Shown here: one piece after another, positions 17,571-27,042 of the stretch
Layout: each line of letters opens with the position of its first letter
Numbering within the stretch: position 1 is the first letter of the stretch
Assembly: GCA_041741715.1 (NCBI GenBank)
Contig: JBGSJT010000469.1
Span: forward strand, 14,082 to 78,081
Source: Pirellulaceae bacterium
Lineage (GTDB): Bacteria > Planctomycetota > Planctomycetia > Pirellulales > Pirellulaceae
Length of the DNA: 64,000 bases
Direction of reading: 5' to 3'
The notes under the pieces: generated by a model
What the model was told of the DNA's origin: nothing
Databases searched by the model: none
The model's input: only the letters and a program-made list of their open reading frames with translations
Program-made: the position numbers and the translations under genes

Positions 17571-19793
17571 TCACCGCGCTTCGATGGAACTGCCGTGATA
17601 GGCTTGAAAAAACTTGCGGGCGGCGGGATGCCAACTACTCCCCGGCCAACGACTGGCCCACTCGGCTGTCAACAATCCGTTTTGTTGGACAAACTCCGGT
17701 AAGAACAAGTTTTTCAAAACGGTCTCGACCAGTATTGGTGGAGCGTCAATGTGGCACGCTAAGAAGGCAGTGGTGGCGATAGTGGCAATCCCTTCGGGCG
17801 GGATGTCGCAATTCGGATAGCTCTTGGCATCCAGCAACAGCGGGTGAAAGATTGGTTCATCCAGTGCGAACTGCAGTGAATCGACGATCGGCAATAGTCG
17901 ATAGTGTCCGGTGGCGAGTACCGCCAACAAATCGGCGGCACCTTTCTTTGTGACCACTACGGCGGCATCGGCGGACGGATCGGACAATAGTGTGTGCCAC
18001 TCGCGGTTATCGACCTCGATATCATCCAAACTCAATCCGTCGCGTTGAAACAGTATTTGTGCGACCGTCCGTATGCCCGACTTTTCCGCTCCCAACACGA
18101 CGCGCCGCTGTTTCAAGTCGCTGAGGGTGGCGATCCGCAAGTTGGCCTTCACTAAAATGTGGACCGCCTCATAGTACAACGGTGCTACCACGGCAATCTC
18201 GCTACGACTCACAGCATCGGATTGCAGCAAGGCCAGTTCGACTTCACCGCGCTGAAGTCGTTCGGCATTGTCACTCGAACCGTTGGAGGAGATACCGTGC
18301 GCTTGACTTTGAGTCGTGGAGACGATCATGGCGGAGATGGCTTCCGCCAGTTCAGCATAGTTTCCACCTGCGACACCTCCCGCCACTCGAACGGTTGGTG
18401 GTAGTCGATTGGCAACCCAATTCGCCGACGGAAGCAGGGCGACGATCCACATCAGCAGGCACAACAGAGCGACGGAAATCAGACCGCGTTGCACCCACCG
18501 ATGCGCGTCGGTCGGCTCGATCACACGATTATCGAGTACCGCGCCAATGACCGGAATTCCTAACAACCAGTACCACGCCCGTCGGAAACTCGAAGCGGGG
18601 CGGGCCTGAATGGGCGAACCGTGGATATAACGATTGAGATCATCGGCTAAAGCGGTCGCCGATGCATAACGTCGTTCCGGTGCTTTTTGTAGACACACAT
18701 CAATGATCGTTTCAAGGTCGTCCGGAATATCCCCCCTTACCGTCCCGGCCAATGGCGCGGGACGATGGATGACTTGCATAATCGTTTGTACGATCCCTGT
18801 CCCCTTGAACGGCGGTTGACCTGTCACGATTGTAAAGAGGACCGCGCCCAAGGAATAAATGTCGGTCGCCTGATGCTGCTCCGCCAACCGCCCCGCCGCT
18901 TGTTCCGGAGACATATAGCTGGGTGTTCCTAATGCGGCACCGGAAGCGGTCAAGCCCGTATCGGTCCCCACCGTTTTCGCCAAGCCGAAGTCGGTGATAT
19001 GCACCTGATCATTCTGATCAATCAACACATTGGCTGGCTTTAAGTCTCGATGCAAGATGCCGCGATCGTGTGCGTACTGAATTGCACGGGCTGTGTCGCG
19101 TACATACCGAGCCGCCTGCTTGCAATCCAACGGGACCGCTTGCACCATCCGTGACAGATCGGTACCGTCGACGTAATCCATCGAAAAATAGCGATGTCCC
19201 TCGCATTCGCCACATTGATAAACGGTGACGATGTTCGGATGATCAAGTTGCGCGGCGCTGCGAGCTTCAGCATAAAATCGCAGCACCTCCTCTTGGCTAG
19301 CCAAAACGCCGGAGCGAATCATCTTGATGGCCACTGGACGATCCAATTGCACTTGGCGACCGAAATAGACAACACCCATGCCACCGCGTCCGAGCACTCG
19401 TTCCAGCACATAGTCGCCGAATCGGCACGGCAGCGCGGGCTGAGATAAATCTGCTGCGGCGGAGTGCTCTGCCAGCGAAAAATCAAGCGAGCGCGGAGCA
19501 ATACCCTGCGGCAAAGTCTCCTGAAGTTGTTGCGCATGACTGGCAAAATGCAAGCCGTGCGGCAGCGTCTCCTCGACCGCTGGTTGGCTGGCGATATCGG
19601 CCAGTCTGGGACCGGCCAATTGTTCGATCCAATCAGCCGCTGCTAACAGCTCCTGCAAATGCTCGCGCAGCTCTGGATGTTGCGATAGGAACGCATCGCG
19701 ATCAGGGACATCTCCACTATCGCATTTTTGAAGATATTGGGCCAAAGCCAAATCGATTTGTAGCTCTAGCGGAGTATCCTCGGATGGAGCCAC
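17571..19793 (-). CDS. Membrane Ser/Thr protein kinase with C-terminal TAXI-type solute-binding domain
   Basis: LGRGGMGVVY, VAIK, HRDLKPANV, DFG, GTPSYMSPEQ; TM segment; then VAGGVAGGNY, SNGSSDNAERL, ELALLQSD, APLYYEAVHILV, WHPAARKFF (TAXI hallmarks). Track start is 19850. Confidence 0.9.
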   Translation of the reverse strand: MAPSEDTPLELQIDLALAQYLQKCDSGDVPDRDAFLSQHPELREHLQELLAAADWIEQLAGPRLADIASQPAVEETLPHGLHFASHAQQLQETLPQGIAPRSLDFSLAEHSAAADLSQPALPCRFGDYVLERVLGRGGMGVVYFGRQVQLDRPVAIKMIRSGVLASQEEVLRFYAEARSAAQLDHPNIVTVYQCGECEGHRYFSMDYVDGTDLSRMVQAVPLDCKQAARYVRDTARAIQYAHDRGILHRDLKPANVLIDQNDQVHITDFGLAKTVGTDTGLTASGAALGTPSYMSPEQAAGRLAEQHQATDIYSLGAVLFTIVTGQPPFKGTGIVQTIMQVIHRPAPLAGTVRGDIPDDLETIIDVCLQKAPERRYASATALADDLNRYIHGSPIQARPASSFRRAWYWLLGIPVIGAVLDNRVIEPTDAHRWVQRGLISVALLCLLMWIVALLPSANWVANRLPPTVRVAGGVAGGNYAELAEAISAMIVSTTQSQAHGISSNGSSDNAERLQRGEVELALLQSDAVSRSEIAVVAPLYYEAVHILVKANLRIATLSDLKQRRVVLGAEKSGIRTVAQILFQRDGLSLDDIEVDNREWHTLLSDPSADAAVVVTKKGAADLLAVLATGHYRLLPIVDSLQFALDEPIFHPLLLDAKSYPNCDIPPEGIATIATTAFLACHIDAPPILVETVLKNLFLPEFVQQNGLLTAEWASRWPGSSWHPAARKFFQAYHGSSIEAR

Positions 19794-19887
19794 GTTTGTT
19801 TCCCGTGGGTAAAGACAACTATCGAACAACAGATTTGACTGTTCCCACAATTCTAGCAGCTTTTCACTAGGTATTCGTTGCTGGCGC

Positions 19888-20589
19888 TCAACTCTTGGTT
19901 AGGGAACTACAAACTTTTTGAAGCTCATCTGGATCCAGGTGCACCGATTCGATCTCATTCAACACACCCCTTTTGCGAAAAGTTCCATGCAGTTGCCGGC
20001 AACCGGTGCCCGCCGCGATCTGCCAGAAATTCTTTGAATCAATACCACCCCCTGGCAAGATCTCGATCCGGCCGCGAGACATCTCCATTAATTCCTTCAG
20101 TCGATCAGTTCCCTGGATGGCCTTCGGTTGGCCACCCGAAGTTAACACGCGGCAGACTCCACAATCGATCAATTGCTCGAGACCACGCGGCTGATCTGGG
20201 ATGCGGTCAAAGGCGCGATGGCAGACCAACTGTCGATCTCCGCACAATTGGGCGACTTGACGGAAGTAGTCGAGGTTTAGCTCGCCGTCACCATCCAGCG
20301 CGCCATAGGCGATCCCGTCGACACCACAATCAAGTAGCAATTCGCAGTCGGCAAGAGCCAGCTGTTGATCCAAAGCACTGAGCACGAAGCCATCGTCATG
20401 TGGACGCACCATGGCGATGATGGGGAGACTACAATTGTTCTTCAACCAGCGGCAAACGGACGGTGTGGGGGTGAGCCCATCAAGTCGCAGGGCCGAATTG
20501 ATTTCGATCCGCGCGGCCCCAGCCTGTTGTGCCAAGATTGCATCTGTTGGGTGCTGGATACAGACTTCGATTTGCAAACAGGTGGTCAT
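19888..20589 (-). CDS. cutC: Copper homeostasis protein CutC family
   Basis: IEVC, GLTPT, MVRPH, HRAFD, RVLTSGG, ILPGGGI, LHGT. Confidence 0.92.
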   Translation of the reverse strand: MTTCLQIEVCIQHPTDAILAQQAGAARIEINSALRLDGLTPTPSVCRWLKNNCSLPIIAMVRPHDDGFVLSALDQQLALADCELLLDCGVDGIAYGALDGDGELNLDYFRQVAQLCGDRQLVCHRAFDRIPDQPRGLEQLIDCGVCRVLTSGGQPKAIQGTDRLKELMEMSRGRIEILPGGGIDSKNFWQIAAGTGCRQLHGTFRKRGVLNEIESVHLDPDELQKVCSSLTKS

Positions 20590-20619
20590 GCTTGTGGAGA
20601 ATTCAAGATGGTTCGTTAG

Positions 20620-20765
20620 TGAGCATCGTTTGGGAAATAACTGTCGTAGCTACGTTCGCCAGAACGTAGACTGTCGTAGCTACGTTCGCCAGAACGTAGA
20701 CTCTCGGCGGTCTGGCGACCGCAGCTACGGTTAAGATCCGACACTTATTTCCCCAACGATGCTTA
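20620..20765. mobile_element. MITE-like family B, copy 4 (complete, with 30-bp internal tandem duplication)
   Basis: TGA|GCATCGTTTGGGAAATAA, (ctgtcgtagctacgttcgccagaacgtaga)x2 at 20641-20700, gcggtctggcgaccgcagctac, TTATTTCCCCAACGATGC|TTA; family A arm follows at 20774-20810. Confidence 0.8.
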
Positions 20766-20912
20766 ACGCTAGTCTTACTTGCTGGCGCGTCGAGCTGGTA
20801 TTGTGATCGATTGCAAAGCGTGTAAGTTTATCCAACAAAACTATTGGTAACATTGGACAATGTTTACTTGCGTGCTGAAAAACCAGCCTACCACAGATAG
20901 GAATTTACCACG

Positions 20913-22352
20913 ATGGCCTCAGCGGATCTCCCCCCTGCTACACGCCCTGGACTACTTACTGACATGCGGACGCACGAGGATTGGTTGGCAATCTGGTGCG
21001 GCGCAGTATTGCTGATCGTCTCCTTTGCTGCTGTGTGGTTAGCCCGCCCAGCCGACTTGTCCAGTAAGGTCGCTGATGGTGAAGTGGTCAAAGTTTCGAA
21101 TCCGCTAAAGACCTACCTGGCGAAACCGATCGAATGGAAGTTCAATCCCCTTCACGCCTTCTATAAACCAGCCTCCGACGGAGTCTCCGCCGTTAACGCC
21201 CTCCCTGGGATGCTGGGAGTTTACATCGCCATCGCCGTGCTATTTGCCGTAGCCATCCAGATGCGTGGTAAATCGGGTTGGGAGTTCTTGGGTGCCTATC
21301 CCTTTGTGTTTGTGCTGGCTGCAATTGCCTATGCCATGTCGACGCAGAGCGTCGTCAATGCGTACAACTTGGAGTATGCGTTGTGGGCATTGCTATTGGG
21401 CTTGATCATCAGCAATACGCTGGGTACTCCCGAGTTTCTGCGCCCCGCCATGTTGACTGAGTTCTACATCAAGACCGGTTTGGTGTTGCTGGGGGCGGAG
21501 GTGTTGATGAATCGCTTACTAGCGTTGGGACTTCCAGGGGTGTTTGTCGCTTGGGTAGTAACGCCCGTGGTGCTGATTAGTACTTATATCTTCGGTCAAA
21601 AAGTATTGAAGATGGAATCGCGGTCGCTGAACATGGTCATCTCAGCCGACATGTCAGTGTGTGGTGTCTCCGCTGCTATTGCCACGGCAGCGGCCTGCAA
21701 GGCGAAGAAGGAGGAACTGTCGCTGGCTATTGGCATGTCCCTCTCCTTCACCGTGTTGATGATGGTCCTGATGCCAGGAATTATCAAATGGGTCGGGATG
21801 GACGAAGTGCTGGGGGGCGCGTGGATCGGTGGTACGATCGATTCCACTGGTGCCGTCGCGGCTGCGGGTGCGGCGCTAGGTGATCGAGCGCTTGAAGTGG
21901 CGGCGACCGTTAAGATGATCCAGAATATACTGATTGGCGTGACTGCTTTCTGTGTGGCTGTTTACTGGGTTACCTACGTCGAACGCGACGCGTCGGGTTC
22001 CAAACCGAGCCTGATGGAAATCTGGATTCGCTTTCCCAAATTTGTCTTGGGTTTTATTGCAGCTTCTATCTTGTTCTCGATTCTCCAGGCGACTTTGGTG
22101 GGCGGACCTGAGATTATTGATGCCGTGATTGGTGGCTCGACTAAGACCTTTCGTGGCTGGTTCTTCTGTTTGGCGTTTGTCAGTATCGGTTTGGAAACCA
22201 ATTTTCGTCAGTTGTACCCCTACCTGCGCGGCGGTAAGCCACTGGTGCTTTATCTCTGTGGTCAAGCACTCAATTTGACGCTGACTTTATTTATGGCTTG
22301 GTTGATGTTCAAAGTGATCTTCCGTGAAATGATAGAGAAGTCGCTGCCATGA
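20913..22352 (+). CDS. Putative sulfate exporter family (YeiH/PSE) membrane protein
   Basis: Many TM segments; [55 protein letters not shown]. Confidence 0.88.
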   Translation: MASADLPPATRPGLLTDMRTHEDWLAIWCGAVLLIVSFAAVWLARPADLSSKVADGEVVKVSNPLKTYLAKPIEWKFNPLHAFYKPASDGVSAVNALPGMLGVYIAIAVLFAVAIQMRGKSGWEFLGAYPFVFVLAAIAYAMSTQSVVNAYNLEYALWALLLGLIISNTLGTPEFLRPAMLTEFYIKTGLVLLGAEVLMNRLLALGLPGVFVAWVVTPVVLISTYIFGQKVLKMESRSLNMVISADMSVCGVSAAIATAAACKAKKEELSLAIGMSLSFTVLMMVLMPGIIKWVGMDEVLGGAWIGGTIDSTGAVAAAGAALGDRALEVAATVKMIQNILIGVTAFCVAVYWVTYVERDASGSKPSLMEIWIRFPKFVLGFIAASILFSILQATLVGGPEIIDAVIGGSTKTFRGWFFCLAFVSIGLETNFRQLYPYLRGGKPLVLYLCGQALNLTLTLFMAWLMFKVIFREMIEKSLP

Positions 22353-22573
22353 ATTTGATGTCCGCGCGAGTTGGTAAATATATTCGATTCGCCATAGCCA
22401 TGAGCGTAGTAGCCATCATGTGGACTGTGGTCTTGCCTTGGCTGGCGGCCCGTCCACAAATAGCCCAACACCTCGATCGACTCGAAGCTCAGGGAATTGA
22501 TGGTGGGGCGATGTTCTATACCGAATTGGATGCAATGGAACCGATCCTGCGACGGATTGAAGCGCGGCATTGA
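22349..22573 (+). CDS. Small membrane-anchored hypothetical protein coupled to the exporter
   Basis: ATGA overlap with the upstream stop; one TM helix; [12 protein letters not shown]. Confidence 0.65.
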   Translation: MNLMSARVGKYIRFAIAMSVVAIMWTVVLPWLAARPQIAQHLDRLEAQGIDGGAMFYTELDAMEPILRRIEARH

Positions 22574-22605
22574 AAGAGCCCTAGTTGGACTACTCCATTT
22601 CCGGT

Positions 22606-22713
22606 CGCACTATCGGCTCGACGCGCTAGCGAGTGGGTCGATCGACGCGTATTCGGCGCTTGCAGTGCCAACCATAGGGACCCACTCGAATGGCACGTCG
22701 AGCTGATATTGCG
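22606..22713. repeat. REP family A doublet
   Basis: cgcactatcggctcgacgcgctagcgagtgggtc ... gacccactcgaatggcacgtcgagctgatattgcg. Confidence 0.78.
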
Positions 22714-22873
22714 GGACGAACTGTCCAAAAAGCCCCGACAAATGTTGAGTACGCGTGGTGGAACTGGTACGCTAGAAGGTATAGCGTCCGCCCGAATCGT
22801 TTAGCCTTATCTGCGCCCCCCTGTTCTTGGGAGCCACATTCGATCGAGTGCCGCCTCCACGAAAGGACTTCTG

Positions 22874-24868
22874 GTGAATTGCCGCAAAATCGTGAACTGC
22901 CGAATGTTTGACTGCAGTTTTCTGAGTTACGGTGCCCAAGCTCTCGCTCTGCTGGCCGTGCTGACTCTGCTGGTTGCACCCGCCGAAGCGCAGAAAAAGA
23001 AGCCTCCCAAGAAAAAGCTCCCTTCCCAGCAGTTCAAGGGCTATGGTGGTTTACCCGAACCGGTCAAGAGCGTTCCGGCCAAGTTACCTGGGGTTGTCCC
23101 CGTCGATTCTGCTCAGACCGCAGCGCGACGCCAGACGGCTGAGAAGATTGACGCGCTGATCGAAGCCAATCTGGCCAAGCATGGTTTGACTCCCAACGCG
23201 GCTGCCGACGACCACACTTTTGTGCGTCGCGCGTTCGTTGACATTTCCGGCGCGATTCCCAATCTGTTACAGACCAACGCCTATGCCACCAGCACGGAAG
23301 CTCGGAAACAGGAAATTCTAATCGATGGTTTGCTTGGTTCGTATGGCTATGCGGCGCACATGTACAACTACTGGGCTAGCATTTTACGACTCACAGATCG
23401 GCAAGGAAATCTGCTCGCCTACAGCTATCGCGACTGGGTCAAGGATCAAATGCGAATCAATCGACCCTACGATGCATGGGTCTACGAGATGCTCACTGCC
23501 GAAGGGAAGGTTTGGGAGAATCCGGCTGCGGGCTATACCCTCCGCGATGATGGAATGCCACTGGTACATGTCGATAATACCGTCCGCGTTTTCTTGGGGA
23601 CGCAGATTGGATGCGCGCAGTGCCATGACCATCCTTTTGACAAATGGACACAAAAGGAATTCTATCAGTTGGCCGCCTTCACTAATGGCACTGCCACTAA
23701 GGAGGGAGGGAAATCGCCAGCCTATAAGAATGGCAATCCCATCAACCGCTTACGTGATGAAGCCAAAGCCATCGATCCCGATGCACGCATCCAAGGGACG
23801 ATGAACCAATTGCTACTAGCCAATTTGTATCGCGTCTCCTTCAACGCGGGTAGCAAGCTGAAACTGCCGCACGATTATCAGTACGACAATGGCAAGCCAA
23901 ATGAAGTGGTGACACCTGCCGTATTGTGGGGTTCGATACCGGCTGGCGACGAAAAACTTTCACGACGCGAGCAGTATGCCAAGTGGTTGACCTCGCCAGA
24001 AAATCCTTTCTTCGCCAAGACGATCGCTAATCGACTTTGGAAAAAAGCGATGGGAGTCGGGTTGATTGAGCCTGTCGACGATCTGCGCCCAGACAGTCCC
24101 TGTGAGAATCCCGAACTACTCGAATTTCTGACGCAAGAAATAGTTCGCCTCAAGTTCGATCAGAAAGAGTTTCTACGAACGCTCTACTATACCCAGACCT
24201 ACCAACGGGCGAGTAGCGATTTCGATCCGTCGCTAGCAGAGTTCTACCATTTCCCCGGACCGACCTTGCGGCGGATGTCGGCCGAACAGGTGTGGGATTC
24301 GATCTTAACTATCGCCGTCTACAATCCCTTCTCGTACGAATTGCCTGACAACCAGCGGTTCAAGGAGATCGCAGATATTGACATGGCCACCGTCACCTTG
24401 GCCCAAGCCGAAGCAATCACGGGGCGTTACGACGAAGCGGTCAGTCCGCAAGCCCGTAACAAACTTATGAACTCCGCCGCGTATCGTCGACAAGTGCTCG
24501 CGCGATCGTCAGAGCTACCCAGTCCGCTCCCCGCCGATCACTTCATTCGCCAGTTCGGACAATGCGATCGCGAGACCATCGAAGGCGATAGCACCGATCC
24601 AACCGTGCCGCAAATCTTGACTATGTTTAACGGACCGTTCACGCACATGATGCTGGAAGAGGGATCGGTGATTTACGACAGTTTGGCCATGTCGGTCAGC
24701 GGACGCGATGCGCTGAACGTTATGTTTCTGTCCATCCTCAATCGCCCACCCACCAGTCACGATCGGGAAATTGGTTTACGTGAGATGAGTCGCGGCGATC
24801 CAGTCATGGGTTACGGCAACGTGGTCTGGGCTTTGATCAACACTCGCGAATTTCTGTTCATTCAGTAG
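22874..24868 (+). CDS. DUF1549/DUF1553 (PSCyt2/PSD1) planctomycete cytochrome c-like protein
   Basis: Signal peptide; FVRRAFVDISGAIP, FLGTQIGCAQCHDHPFDKW (CxxCH), NPFFAKTIANRLW, RRMSAEQVWDS, WALINTREFLF. Confidence 0.93.
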   Translation: MNCRKIVNCRMFDCSFLSYGAQALALLAVLTLLVAPAEAQKKKPPKKKLPSQQFKGYGGLPEPVKSVPAKLPGVVPVDSAQTAARRQTAEKIDALIEANLAKHGLTPNAAADDHTFVRRAFVDISGAIPNLLQTNAYATSTEARKQEILIDGLLGSYGYAAHMYNYWASILRLTDRQGNLLAYSYRDWVKDQMRINRPYDAWVYEMLTAEGKVWENPAAGYTLRDDGMPLVHVDNTVRVFLGTQIGCAQCHDHPFDKWTQKEFYQLAAFTNGTATKEGGKSPAYKNGNPINRLRDEAKAIDPDARIQGTMNQLLLANLYRVSFNAGSKLKLPHDYQYDNGKPNEVVTPAVLWGSIPAGDEKLSRREQYAKWLTSPENPFFAKTIANRLWKKAMGVGLIEPVDDLRPDSPCENPELLEFLTQEIVRLKFDQKEFLRTLYYTQTYQRASSDFDPSLAEFYHFPGPTLRRMSAEQVWDSILTIAVYNPFSYELPDNQRFKEIADIDMATVTLAQAEAITGRYDEAVSPQARNKLMNSAAYRRQVLARSSELPSPLPADHFIRQFGQCDRETIEGDSTDPTVPQILTMFNGPFTHMMLEEGSVIYDSLAMSVSGRDALNVMFLSILNRPPTSHDREIGLREMSRGDPVMGYGNVVWALINTREFLFIQ

Positions 24869-24885
24869 CCAATTAGGAAGCAACG

Positions 24886-26277
24886 ATGATGTTTCACAGC
24901 AACGATTCGATAAACGTACGTCAGGCTTTCTTGCCTGACTCGCATTCCAGTCGCTCCGCGCGCGACTTCGCTGAGCAATTGCACCATCACTCGGCTGGCT
25001 TTCATCCCACTCGGCGTGGCTTCATGGCCGACGCGGCGAAAGCTCTATTGGGAGTTGGCTGTGCTAGCGCTATCACTCACCACGGCATGCGCTCGCTCGC
25101 CCATGCGGCTGAGGCCGCTCCCGTGAAGGGCAAGGCCAAGAGTGTCATTTTTCTATACATGAGTGGTGCCATGAGCCACTTGGATACCTTGGATCCCAAG
25201 CCAGGCGCGAAGAGCCAAGGAGAGACGCAAGCTGGTAAAACGCGAGTCCCTGGTTTGGTCCTCTCCGACAAATTGCCCAAGCTTAGCTTCTTGATGAATG
25301 GCATTGCCTTGATTCGTTCGATGACCACCGAGACCGGCGCGCACGAACAAGGGCGCTATATCATGCGCACCAGCTACAAGCCACTGAATTCGATTCGTCA
25401 TCCTGGCTTGGGAGCATGGGCCAATCACATTCTTGGCAAGGACAACCCCAACTTGCCGGGAAATGTGTTAATCGGCTCGTCCGAAGATCATCCCGGCGCG
25501 GGTTTTCTTCCCGCAGCGATTTCACCAGTTCCCGTCAGCGATGCGGCCGTCGGATTGGAGAACACGAAGAGTCCGAGCTATCTAACCGAAGATCAGTTTC
25601 GTCAGCGGATGTCTTTAGCGAATCAGTTCGATTCTAAATTTAAGGGCTCGACCAAAAGCCAGTTGATCGAGGCCTATGATCAGACCTATCGCGAGGCGGT
25701 GCGACTGATGGGCTCCAGCGAACTCAAGGCGTTCGAGATTAGCGAAGAGAAGGAAGAGATTCGCGACGTCTATGGCAAAAACAAATTAGGCCAAGCCTGC
25801 TTGCTCGCGCGGCGGCTAGTGGAACGTGGTGTGCGATTCGTGGAGATCGATTACGGGAGTTGGGACCATCACAACGACCTCTACACTCGACTCCCAGCCA
25901 TGGCCACTGACTTGGACAACGCGCTCGGCGCACTACTTCGCGACTTGGCTGCCAAACAGTTGCTGGGAGAAGTCTTGGTGGTATTATCGTCGGAATTCGG
26001 CCGCACTCCAAGCATCAACGAGAATGCTGGACGCGATCATCATCCAGGTGTCTATTCAAGTCTGTTATGCGGCGCTGGGATCAAAGGGGGAGGAGCGTAC
26101 GGTAAATCGGATGCCGAGGGGAGTTCGGTCGACGAGGATGCGGTCTATCCTGAGGATCTGAACGCTACCATCGCTACCGCTATGGGGCTGCCTCTTGGGC
26201 AAGAATACTATGCCCCCAACGGACGTCCCTTTACAATATGCAATAAGGGAACTCCGATCTCCAAGCTGCTTGCTTAG
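24886..26277 (+). CDS. DUF1501 domain Tat-exported protein
   Basis: TRRGFM Tat motif; VIFLYMSGAMSHLDTLDPKP, LLARRLVERGVRFVE, WDHH, SEFGRTP, GRDH. Confidence 0.93.
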   Translation: MMFHSNDSINVRQAFLPDSHSSRSARDFAEQLHHHSAGFHPTRRGFMADAAKALLGVGCASAITHHGMRSLAHAAEAAPVKGKAKSVIFLYMSGAMSHLDTLDPKPGAKSQGETQAGKTRVPGLVLSDKLPKLSFLMNGIALIRSMTTETGAHEQGRYIMRTSYKPLNSIRHPGLGAWANHILGKDNPNLPGNVLIGSSEDHPGAGFLPAAISPVPVSDAAVGLENTKSPSYLTEDQFRQRMSLANQFDSKFKGSTKSQLIEAYDQTYREAVRLMGSSELKAFEISEEKEEIRDVYGKNKLGQACLLARRLVERGVRFVEIDYGSWDHHNDLYTRLPAMATDLDNALGALLRDLAAKQLLGEVLVVLSSEFGRTPSINENAGRDHHPGVYSSLLCGAGIKGGGAYGKSDAEGSSVDEDAVYPEDLNATIATAMGLPLGQEYYAPNGRPFTICNKGTPISKLLA

Positions 26278-26390
26278 CATCGAGCCGGAAATATGTGTCG
26301 GGAATTCCCCCGAAGCTGCGGTCGCCAGACCGCAGGGAGTCTACGTTCTGGCGAACGTAGCTACGACTGTTATTTCCCGAACGATGCTTA
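26274..26390. mobile_element. MITE-like family B, copy 5 (complete, reverse orientation)
   Basis: TTA|GCATCGAGCCGGAAATAT ... gctgcggtcgccagaccgc ... acgttctggcgaacgtagctac ... TTATTTCCCGAACGATGC|TTA. Confidence 0.8.
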
Positions 26391-26421
26391 GCATTTGGAA
26401 TCGAGGTACTTTTTGTCGCAG

Positions 26422-27027
26422 ATGGAACATTCAAGCAATTCAATGGAGTGCTTGATCGAGAAAGCAAGAGTCGGTGACTCATCGGCGCTGGGTGAGCTGC
26501 TTGCACGCTATCGCAAGTATTTAGTTTTCCTTGCTCGCTCGCAGCTTCATCATCACATGCAAGCCAAGGCCGACCCGTCGGATTTGGCTCAGGAAGTTTA
26601 CTTGGCCGCTCATAATGGGATCGCAGATTTTCAGGGGAGGACTGCCGACGAGTTCTCCGCGTGGTTGCGAGGCATTCTGACCAACGTGATTGCCATGCAA
26701 GTTCGACGATATTTGGGAACTAAGAAACGCGATCCACGGCTGGAGCAAGCATTGGATCAACGGCTAGCTGATGCGTCGGGGTTCCTGCAGTCGGGCCTGG
26801 CCGGCGACGTGACCTCCCCTAGCCAAAACTTTGCTAGAAATGAGGCCTTCTTGCAACTGGCTGAAGCACTAGAAGATTTGCCTGAGGATTACCGACAAGT
26901 GATCGTGCTGCGGCATGTCGATTCACTTCCATTTGCCGAAGTCGCTCGACTCATGGGGCGCAGCGTCGACAGCGTCGAAAAATTGTGGGTGCGAGCGTTA
27001 GCCAAGTTGCGTGCAGAACTATCGTAG
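26422..27027 (+). CDS. ECF sigma-70 factor, planctomycete type (TIGR02984-like, kinase-associated)
   Basis: ADPSDLAQE, FQGRTADEFSAWLRGIL, TSPSQ, LPEDYRQVIVLRH, EVARLMGRS, LWVRAL. Confidence 0.92.
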   Translation: MEHSSNSMECLIEKARVGDSSALGELLARYRKYLVFLARSQLHHHMQAKADPSDLAQEVYLAAHNGIADFQGRTADEFSAWLRGILTNVIAMQVRRYLGTKKRDPRLEQALDQRLADASGFLQSGLAGDVTSPSQNFARNEAFLQLAEALEDLPEDYRQVIVLRHVDSLPFAEVARLMGRSVDSVEKLWVRALAKLRAELS

Positions 27028-27042
27028 GTGGCCGGCACGTTT

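Noticed and set aside
17324-17782. 152-aa ORF downstream of the 550-aa gene
   Set aside because: Built from family B and C repeats plus the antisense of the kinase 3' end.
20641-20700. 30-bp direct repeats as a possible CRISPR array
   Set aside because: Two adjacent copies with no spacer, part of a dispersed family B element; no cas genes.
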